Position numbers and translations under genes: made by a program. From Chiloscyllium plagiosum (taxonomy: Eukaryota), in assembly GCF_004010195.1 (NCBI RefSeq), contig NC_057749.1, forward strand, positions 12,149,650-12,213,649: a stretch of DNA of 64,000 bases, read 5' to 3'. The notes under the pieces are model-generated. The model had not been told where the DNA came from. It saw only the letters and a list, made by a program, of their open reading frames with translations, and did not search any database. Every line of letters starts with the position of its first letter. Positions within the stretch are counted from its first letter, which is position 1. Positions 26,374-35,759 of the stretch are shown here, piece after piece.

Positions 26374-26771
26374 TAAAAATCAATCTAAACATCAGGTCAT
26401 AGACAGAGAACACAGGGGGCTAACACCTTCAACATATTGTCTAGCTATCAGCATTGTTAACAGCTAACCTAAGAATGCAACTTTTAAAAAAAGATTTTGT
26501 GATTTACACATGAAAGAAGTGAAACTATCACTGTATTCTAACAGATGAAAGGCTTAACAGACAATCAATTTTTCAATGCATAATTTCAGTTACATCACAC
26601 TGCAAATTTTTGCTATAAATTCTGTGTTACAATTGAGCCCTCCACTATCACCTGATGAAGGAGCGTCGCTCCGAAAGCTAGTGTGCTTCCAATTAAACCT
26701 GTTGGACTATAACCTGGTGTTGTGTGATTTTTAACTTTGTACACCCCAGTCCAACACCGGCATCTCCAAAT
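26374..26771 (+). mobile_element. PLE family A 3' terminal 400 bp
   Basis: 13-bp TSD CAAAACAAAAGGA (26361-26373 / 26772-26784); terminus nearly the same as the 34497-34675 arms; carries a hammerhead motif. No coding remnant, so the PLE assignment is by analogy. Confidence 0.75.
26649..26683 (+). ncRNA. Minimal hammerhead ribozyme motif, intact core
   Basis: CAC-CTGATGA-A-GGAGC GTC GCTCC-GAA-AGCT-A/GTG: helix I CAC:GTG, 5-bp helix II, palindromic AGCU, predicted cut after 26680. Confidence 0.72.
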
Positions 26772-28871
26772 CAAAACAAAAGGAGGCCACTTGGTCAATC
26801 AAGTACGGTCTGGCTCGATGCAGAATAATGCAGTTTCTCCTATTCCTCCCATAGCCATTCAAATGGTCCCCAATTTTCTTTTGGAATCATTTGATTATTC
26901 CCACTTCCAAGAAAAATTTCTTTACCCAGCGTGTGATGAGAATATAGTGAAAGGGAACACATTTTTATTTTCCTTTACAACTGTAAGCTGAAATGATTGT
27001 TGGACTACGATATAGCTACACCTTTTTAGCTTTTTGAAGCACTGAGATTCTAACTGAGAAAATGGTTTAAGGAGTTTCTGAGAAAAGGAAGAACTGCCTG
27101 ACAATAGCCTTTTATTGGTTGAGTTGCAGTCTGTTGCAAATCTCTAATTGTAAAGAAACCAGACACCTCCAGAGTTGGCAAACTGAAAATATCTCTCTCA
27201 CTCTCCCTTTTTCCTGATGAGAGAGATAAAGTTTTGAAGACAGAATTCTAATAGGGCTTTTATTTAAACCACTGAAATGAAAAATGACCATTGCTTTACA
27301 GACAACAGCTTTTCATTATTGCTGAAGTCAAAATGAAGTATGTCAGCTAATTTAACCCACCTTTGTATGCAGCTGCTCGATCTTCAGAATTTTGCACCAT
27401 CTTTTTTCCACCAATAATATGTAAAGCCAACAGTCTTTATAGGGGTACAGTTTAAGTAGCAGAGTATTAGATTAGTAGTCCTTTCTTTTCCCTCTGCTAT
27501 TTGTTCAAGTTAGGTGTGCTATAATTTTTTTCATTATGAATGGGAAAACCTGGAGTGAATTGCTTTTGTCCTGTCAATCAGGCAAGCTGTCATCTTGGTG
27601 GTCCAACTGGAATTTTATACATCTTGTGAAGGCTTGTTCAACAGTGGGGTATAATTCTCAGTGCATTCTTCCCAATTCAATCACGACAGTGAAACTTGCA
27701 ATCATGAGAATTGGTGCATTTAAGGGGAAGCTCCACAAGGGAACTAAGTTGCTCACATGTAAACGAGGAAGAATAAAGAAGCCTCAAGTGGAGAATAAAT
27801 ACTGGCACAGCTTAACTGTAATAAATGCCCTGCTTTTGTGCTGCAAGTCCAATTCAATTCAATTTAAGAACTCAAACAATAAGATGCAACACAATCCACA
27901 AAGGAAAATTTAAAAAGGAATGAAGCTTGACGTAACGCACAAAGTAAGTGCTTGAGAAAGTTAGCTCATTATTACTGGGGAAAACAGCATGTAATTTAAA
28001 ATTACTAGCAATTTAACATCAATATGCTGATAACTTAATACATTGCAGGAGTGAGCACCCAGCAGCAAAGGAAAATTTCAAATTCAAACCCTACTCCATG
28101 TAAATTGGTTGAACCTATCAAGGCACTGAGGACTAAGCCCATGGAATTCTCTTCCTCAGAAAAGAGTGACAGCTGCGTGATTGAATCTTTTAAAGGCTGA
28201 GGCAGATTAATTTTTGAGAAGAGAGCCAAAGATTATGGGGGAAAAACTGAAAAGTGGAGATGAGATGTCATTCACATGATCTTATTGAATGATGGAGCAT
28301 GATAAGGGCTGAATAGCCGATTCCCACTGAATGGCCTATGTTTTAATGACATGAAAACTGGCCTTCGTAATACTGAGTTATGAGTGGTGGGTTTGATGGA
28401 TCCTGAACATGCTCAGGAATTCATCTTTCGTAGCTTTAAGTGACTCTGACAGACAGGTCCAAATATGTAGGGATGTTAGAAAGCAAAGAGCAGGACCAGG
28501 CTTTAATTTACACACAAACAATATTCAATACCTGCATTTAATTTCCTGTCTTTTCCCATGGGGTGTGGGCATAAATAGTTAAGACCAGCATTTGTTACCC
28601 ACTCCTTTTTTTCCAATAGTTTTTACTATACTCTGTATTTGTAAACTTTAGAATTTCTTAACCTGACCACATATTGTAGGAGTGTGACGTTTTGGTTGGT
28701 TATTGGACAGATTTGCTGCTTTTATGCTGCCATATTCAACTTTTACAACACAGAATATCACCATTCATGCTAATTGTTCACATTCGCAGGAGTGGGAGCT
28801 GCCTTAGAGTCATAGAGATGAACAATATTGAAAAGGATCCTTTGGTCCAACTGGTTCATTACCAATCAGAT

Positions 28872-29745
28872 TTTTTTTATTTGAAAAATATACTTTATTC
28901 ATAAAATACTTTGATGATCTGTACAACTGGACATACCATACATTTATAAACATTCCATTTGTTTGCATACCGAAAACAGAGTAATCATTCCTATTTACAG
29001 GTCTGTACGATTACATTTTTAGCTGAGGCGTCAGCGGAGCCCAAATGACTGCGCGGGCCCTCTGTTCTTCTTTAGGCAGGCAGATGTTACACAGTGGTCT
29101 TTCCCCACCGCGCCTTGGCAGCAGCTGCTCCAAGCTTCAGCACGTCCCTCAACACGTAGTCCTGGACCTTGGAATGTGCCAGTCTGCAACACTCAGTCGG
29201 GGTCAACTCCTTCAGCTGGAAGATCAACAGGTTTCGGACCGCCCAGAGAGCGTCCTTCACCGAGTTGATGATTCTCCATGCACAGTTGATGTTCGTCTCG
29301 GTGTGCGTCCTGGGGAACAGGCCATACAGCATGGAGTCGCGCGTCACGGCGCTGCTCGGGACGAACCTCGACAAACACCACTGCATTCCTCTCCAGACTT
29401 CTTCTGTGTAGGCACATTCCAGAAGGAGGTGTGTGACAGTTTCGTCCCCCCCCGCAGCCGCTTCGAGGGCAGCGTGCGATGCGGCTGAGAGTCCGGGCAT
29501 GCATAAAGGATCTCACAGGCAGAGCCCTTCTCACCACCAGGCAAGCCATGTCTTGGTGCTTGTTGGAAAGTTCTGGCGATGAGGCATTCTGCCAAATGGC
29601 TTTGACAGTCTGCTCAGGGAACCGCTCGACAGGATCCGCCCTCTCCTTTTCCCGAAGGATCTCAAGGACACTACGTGCTGACCAATTCCTGATGGACTTG
29701 TGGTCAAAGGTGTTTTTCTTCATAAACTTCTCACCGAAGGACAGG
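28872..29745 (-). mobile_element. Tx1/L1-clade LINE 3' end: zinc-knuckle C-terminus, 3' UTR, AATAAA and poly(A)
   Basis: CPRSGCGG.ETVTHLLLECAY (one frameshift in a G run); the minus strand ends GAATAAAGTATATTTTTCAAATAAAAAAAA. Confidence 0.88.
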
Positions 29746-30419
29746 TGATCTTTTATGGATGTTGGGCAGGCTTTGAGAGTCAGGAAGTCAGTCTTCTGTT
29801 GCAGGCTTCCCAGCGTCTGACCTGCTGTTGTATCCACTGTATTGATATGGTAAGTACAATTCAATTGCTGGTCAATGATAAATTACCAAATTATTAATCA
29901 AATTGTTCATTATTCAGTTACTGCAAACAGCTCCCGAAATTCTTAATCCATTTCTTTAAAGATACCTCAAAGAGTTAATGCAAAGTGTGATTAGTTCTGG
30001 TTATAGAAAGCTGAATATGCTGAATCTCACTCAATTATTCCCAGAGGAGATCTTACATAGTGACAGCAATGTCCAGGTGTGAGGTGGAAGTGGCTCATGA
30101 GGCACAGTGTTGTAACTGCCTTGTTGCAGTTTTACTGTCAGATTAGTGTGTTTTACATTTCAGCAGATATTCAGGCAGCAGGTGGAACAGGATGGTGACT
30201 CAACTGGGTGACGTATAGGCAAAGTTGCAAATGTTAAATCAGCAGCTGTGAAAGGAAACTTCCTGATCCCAAATGACTGTCCTATTTATACTGCAAAGGC
30301 ACGAAAGAGTGTCAGCAAATTTAATGGCTATCTAGCAATGTTGCTTTTTAATGAATATTTTGCACAGTTTGCTCAGTAGAATTATGGGCAGTTGCTCCAC
30401 TAAGAGCGACACTGACTAG

Positions 30420-31055
30420 ATTTTACCAAGATGTTTGGTACACATCCTTTATTGATCAGAGCATTGAGTAGAGGTGTTGATCTGGTCGATTAGGCCTTTT
30501 TTTGGAATACTACCTTCAATTCTGGTCTCCCTGTTGTGAAACTTGAAAGGGTTGAGATGTTGTGACACTTGAAAGGGTTCAGTAAAGATTTACAAGGATG
30601 TTGCCAGGTTTGCAGGGTTTGAGCTATAGAGAGAGGCTGAATAGGCTGGGACTGTTTTCCCTGGAGCGTCGGAGGCTGAGGGGTGACCTAATAGAGCTTT
30701 ATAAAATCATGAGAGGCCTGGATAGAATGAGTAGCCAAGGGGTGGCGGAGATCAAAACTAGAGGGTATACGTTTAAGATGAGATGGGAAGTGTTTAAAAG
30801 GGATTTAAGGGTAACCTTTTCACACAGCGGGTGGTGCGTGCGTGGAATGAACTGCCAGAGGAAGTGGTGGAGGTTGGTACAATTGCAACATTTTTAAAAG
30901 GCATCTGGATGGGTATATGAAGAGGAAGAGTTTAAAGGGACATTGCCCAAATACTGGCAAGTGGGACTAGATTAATATAGAATATCTGACTGGCATGGAC
31001 AAGTTGGACCGAAGGGTCTGTTTTCGTGCTATACATCTCTATGACACTGTGACTG
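30420..31055 (+). mobile_element. CR1 3' fragment
   Basis: MLPGLQGLSYRERLNRLGLFSLERRRLRGDLIE plus tail. Confidence 0.9.
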
Positions 31056-31958
31056 TACGTCCCCTGTTGTGATTGCTAGTCCATACAGAGGTAGACAATG
31101 GCTGAGCCTTAAGTATTGAAGCTACAACTAATGTCAGTGCCAGAGACAAGGCAGCAGAAAAACCTTAGCTTCTCTCGCGAGATCTTCTATCCTTCTTCTC
31201 CACTTCATCCTTACTAAGGGTTGCACTTTGGATAGGAAATTAGTTCAAGACCAGATGTAACACCCAGGATGGTGAGCTGTACTGTCAATTCTCAGCATTT
31301 AGGTTCAGTCTCAAAGAAGTGCCAATGGACTCTCAAATCTGCAAAGGGACCGGCCCTTAGATATAAAACAAATTCTACAATTTGAATATAGTTTACTGCA
31401 GGGAATGCTCACATTCAAGCAATCAATACTTGGATGTTTGTATGGTTATTGTTTTAACTTTGTTCAGGTATCTGTATTCTTTAACATAGGGGTTGGAAGT
31501 ACTGAAAGGGGAGAAATGTTTCTTTTTTCTCATAATCAATAAAGTTATGACATTCTCTTGTTCAATGCTATAGCAAACATTTACAACTGTCTTGAATGTG
31601 ACATCAGGACACCGGATACCAGAGAATTTTCTCCTTCCATCCATGTCAAGCTCAGCTTGTTTATTTAACACCCTTTGCTTCAGCAGTGCCTCAGAGGTAA
31701 CCCTCTCACCTCTGAGTCAGAGAGTTGTTGCTTTGAGTTGCACTCCAAGTTCCTGAGCACATAATCTCACCTGATAATCCAGAGTAGCATTGCTGGGGAA
31801 TGACATCTCTCACATGATGCCTTAAACATTCCACCACACAGGATCTGGGAAGAGCTCCAAAGGGTGGGCAGGAGGTGTGCTCCCATTGCCGTTCAGAGCA
31901 TCACCATAGCCATTTGGAAAAGACCAAAGGAATCCTCATGCAACCCATTTCATGGACA

Positions 31959-32052
31959 GGCAGCAAGGTGGCTCAGTGGTTAGCACTGCTGCCTCACAGC
32001 CCCACGGAGCCGGGTTTGATTCTAGCCTCGGGTGACTGGAGTTTGGACATTC
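31959..32052 (+). mobile_element. HE1-like SINE head only (3'-truncated); a Deu-SINE-like head also lies at about 31685-31830
   Basis: GGCAGCAAGGTGGCTCAGTGGTTAGCACTGCTGCCTCACAG; ends abruptly at the Tx1 sequence. Confidence 0.8.
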
Positions 32053-32466
32053 AACCTGCGTAGTCCCTCTTGAGCTCCTCAGTGTTTCCCAGGGTCAACA
32101 GCTTTGTGTTCAGCTTCCACGTTCCCTTACCAGCCAGTCCTGTAGGTGACAGTCGGCCAGCAGGAGGCAGTGGTCAGAGAAGAACACCGGCTTGACGTCG
32201 GTGGATCTGACAGAGAGCGTTCAGGACACAAACAGGTAATCTATCCTTGAGCGGATAGACCCGTCTGCCCGTGACCAGGTTTATCTGAACTGCGCTCCGT
32301 CTGCAGGGGTGCTCAAGACGTTGTGCAGCTTGGCATCTTTTACCGGTGTCCATTAGGGCTCTGGACGTGGCGTCCAGTTTACTGCCCCCCCCCGCCAGAT
32401 CGTCCATCTCCATCAATGATACAGTTGAAGTCTCCGGCCAGAATGACCGGCCTGGACAACAGTGGA
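32053..32466 (-). mobile_element. Tx1/L1-clade APE endonuclease fragment
   Basis: Minus strand reads RPVILAGDFNCII ... TWSRADGSIRSRIDYLFVS ... VFFSDHCLL; GC-rich like 28872-29745. Confidence 0.85.
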
Positions 32467-33674
32467 ACCAATCAGATATCCCAACCTAATCTAGCCCTTT
32501 GCTAGCACTTGGCCCAAATCTCTCCAAGCCTTTCCTATTCATATATCCATCCAGATGCCTTTGAAATGTTGTAATTGTACCAGCCTCCACTTCCTCTGGC
32601 AGCTCATTCCATACATGTACCACCCTCTGCGTTAAAAGGTTGCCCCTTAGTTCTCTTTTATATCTTTCCCCTCACCCTAAACATATGCTCTCTAATTCTG
32701 GAGTCTCCCCACCCCAGGGAAAAGACTTTGCCTATTTATCCTATCCATGCCCATGATTTTATAAACCTCTATAAAGGTTACCTCCTCAGCCTCTGACATG
32801 CTAGGGATAACAGCCCCAGCCTATTCAGCCTTCCCCTATAGATCAAATCCTCCAAATCTTGCAACATCCTTGTAAAGCTTTTCTGAATCCTTTCAAGTTT
32901 CAGAACATCCTTCTGATAGGAAGACGACCAGACCAGCACGCAATATTTTAAAGTAGCCTAACCGACGTACTTCTGTCTTTAGAAGCATTGTATTTCATAA
33001 TGGTTAGATAAGTCCACTGCTGTTAGAAAGGGTGTCTCAGGATATTGATCAGGGAACAGTGAAGAAACGGCAATAAGATTCAAAATCAGGATGGTTTAAG
33101 GCTCGGAGTTGATCTTACAGGTGGTAATGCTCCCATCCATCTGCTGTCCTTGCCTCCCAGTTGTCAGAGGTTGTGGGATTTGGAAGGTGATTTCAAAATA
33201 GGTTTGACAAGTTACTGCAGTGCATATTGCATGTGCCATCATCTATCTGTGGTCGAGAACTAGATGTTTAAAGTAATTGGTGGGTACTAATCACATAGGC
33301 TGCTTTGTTCTGAATCACATCAAGCTTTTAACAATGTTGATGGAGTTGTACTTTCCTAGACAGATGAGAAGTATTCTATCACACCCCTGACTTGTGCTTT
33401 ATAGATGGAGGACAGGCTTTTGGAAAATCAGGCAATGAAGTACTTGCCATAGAATTCTCAGCGATTGACATGTGCTTGTAGCTACAGTATTTATACGGTT
33501 AGTCGAGCAGAGTTTCTGGTCAGTGGTAAACACAGAATATTAATAACTGAAGGATGTTATGCAAAATGTTTGGCCACTAGATCAAAGAAACATAAGACTA
33601 CCAGTGTTTATGGCACTATACTCCAGAAAATGCCAATGTCTTCATAATAGTAGGACAGAAGGGGAAAACTAAAT

Positions 33675-34125
33675 CTCGCAGAGCGCTTTAAGGAACATCT
33701 CCAGGACACCCGCACCAATCAACCCCACCAATCCGTGGCCGAACATCTCAACTGTGATAGTAGAAAAAACACAGAACAGTGAAAGAACCACAAAAGTGTA
33801 CAGAAAAGCCACACACACGGACCAGATCCTAAACGACAACAGCAACCACCCAAACACACACAAGAGAAGCTGCATTAGAACCCAGTTCAAAAGGGCTACA
33901 ACACACTGGAACACTTTCAACCTGCCAATGGAGGAACAACATCTCGACAGGGTGTTCACCAAAAATGGATATCCCTGCAACTTTATCCGCAGATGCCTAA
34001 CAGACAAATAACGCAACGAGGACTTGCCGCGACGCAACACACTAACTAGTCAACAGGTTAAGTTTGCTCACTGAGCTGGTCGGTTTATTCTCAGAAATTT
34101 CATCACCTTGCTAGTGAACATCAGT
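33675..34125 (+). mobile_element. Composite of Penelope fragments: GIY-YIG piece, RT-thumb piece, inverted terminal piece
   Basis: LAERFKEHLQD..TNQPHQSVAEH; TTKVYRKATHTDQILN..SNHPNTHKRSCIRT..NGYP.NFIRRCL; 34050-34125 resembles 11585-11640. Confidence 0.75.
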
Positions 34126-34496
34126 TCATACATATGCAGAACAAAACAGTGGTCAGAAGAAAGCGGTTTTGCCTGATCGACACAAATTAAACTCCCTGAA
34201 TCGAAGAGTCCAGTCAAAATCACTCTATGCTAGGTGAACAGTGGTGGAGTTCTCAGAATATGGAGTCATTACAGGAACAAAGTCATTTCATGTCAATCCA
34301 ATAGATAAGAAGCCATCAAGGCTGATATCTGTAAAAATTGGGCCCTCAATATTACTGCTAGTAAACGAACTTTCCCTTAGGTAGGAATTTGATGAAAGGC
34401 CTTGAAACAATACAGAAATGGCATGTTCACAAATAGTCATCTGGTTTTAAAAGCATCAGTATTTTCATGGACAAGAACAAGACAGAGGTTAAACAG

Positions 34497-34675
34497 TCAT
34501 GATTTGGAGATGCCTGTGTTGGACTGGGGTGTACAAAGTTAAAAATCACACAACACCAGGTTATAGTCCAACAGGTTTAATTGGAAGCACACTAGCTTGG
34601 AGCGTCGCTCTGAAAGCTAGTGTGCTTCCAATTAAACCTGTTGGACTATAACCTGGTGTTGTGTGATTTTTAACA
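34497..34675. mobile_element. Fold-back PLE family A element with a perfect 61-bp inverted repeat
   Basis: Arms 34538-34598 and 34614-34674 are exact reverse complements; TSD AGGTTAAACAG (34486-34496 / 34676-34686). Confidence 0.9.
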
Positions 34676-35044
34676 AGGTTAAACAGCTTATTGAAAAGCT
34701 ACATATGAACAGACATACATTCTAACCGAAATGGACTAAAGTAGCTTCAAAGAATACTTTTTCCCCCACTCCTGCAGAATGTGAACAACTAACACGAGTG
34801 GCGGTATTCTGCAGCATTGTAACAATTTAGTATGGCAGCATAAAAGCAGCAAAGATGGCCAATAATCAACCAAAAAGTCATACTCCTACATCATGTGGTC
34901 AAGGTAAGAAATTCTAAACATTACAACTTTACATGGTAAAACCTATTGAAAAAAAGATGTGCAACAACAAAATATTCTACCCTTCTTCACTAAAGATTAT
35001 ACAATACTATATAACAATGAACAATATTTCAGCATTTAACTCAC

Positions 35045-35129
35045 CTTCCAGCAGGTCTCTTGCCAGACCAGGTTCTGCCCCAGTGGAGCGAACAAAGTCT
35101 GACAGGACCAAATCCATATCAAATGTCAT
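35045..35129 (-). CDS. OTUD7A: OTU deubiquitinase 7A (Cezanne-2), first coding exon. The full exon is 35045-35199; the CDS is shown from the first in-frame ATG.
   Basis: Minus strand reads [28 protein letters not shown](G), the UBA-like N-terminus of OTUD7A/B. Acceptor tttttttaacAG at 35200-35201, donor G|GTGAGT at 35044-35043, phase 1. Confidence 0.95.
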
Positions 35130-35759
35130 GTGATCATGTAGATGCTCTACTTGAAGCACAGCAGAACTGGTTTTGGTCTCAAGACTTTTAGTCAGTCATC
35201 TGTTAAAAAAAATAAATAGTAGTTTCCAGGGCATATAAAACAAACTTTATGTCAATCATCAATCCAGGACAAGCCCACAGCTATTGCCCTCTGATTGCTG
35301 CAGTCAGTCAGGGAAGTACAACATCCTTCACAGAATTACTTACTTGTTTTCTACTGCTCAAAGTAATATGAATGCAGCAGCTCACTCCTAACTGTTTGTA
35401 CCATCCAGTAGCTGTGAAAGTAACAATTCCACCAGTGTGTGACAATGACTCATACCTTATGAGCCAAAAGAATCAAGAAAACAATCCACAACTGCAACCA
35501 GGATGCAGTTGAAAGATAATGACTATTCCATTTCACCACAGTAAGTAATTAAGAATTAAAAACCAAAGCAACTCTTTCTTAGCCACTACAAAACAAGTCT
35601 GTTTCACCTAAAAAGTGAGATGCTGAAATCCAAACAAAAATGTCTAAATAGCAGGTAGCATTGCATCGTAACTTAATTTAGTTAAGGCCTACTTCTGCTC
35701 CAATTTTGAATAAACGTCACAGCAGTACTTCAAGCGGATATTTGTGGTAGTTCGCCCAG

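Larger units (their letters stand above)
28808..32965 (-). mobile_element. CR1 3' end split by a Tx1 insertion (pieces 28808-28871 and 32467-32965)
   Basis: The two pieces join into the standard tail (ccaact..cat accaatcagat atcccaacctaatctag). Confidence 0.82.
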
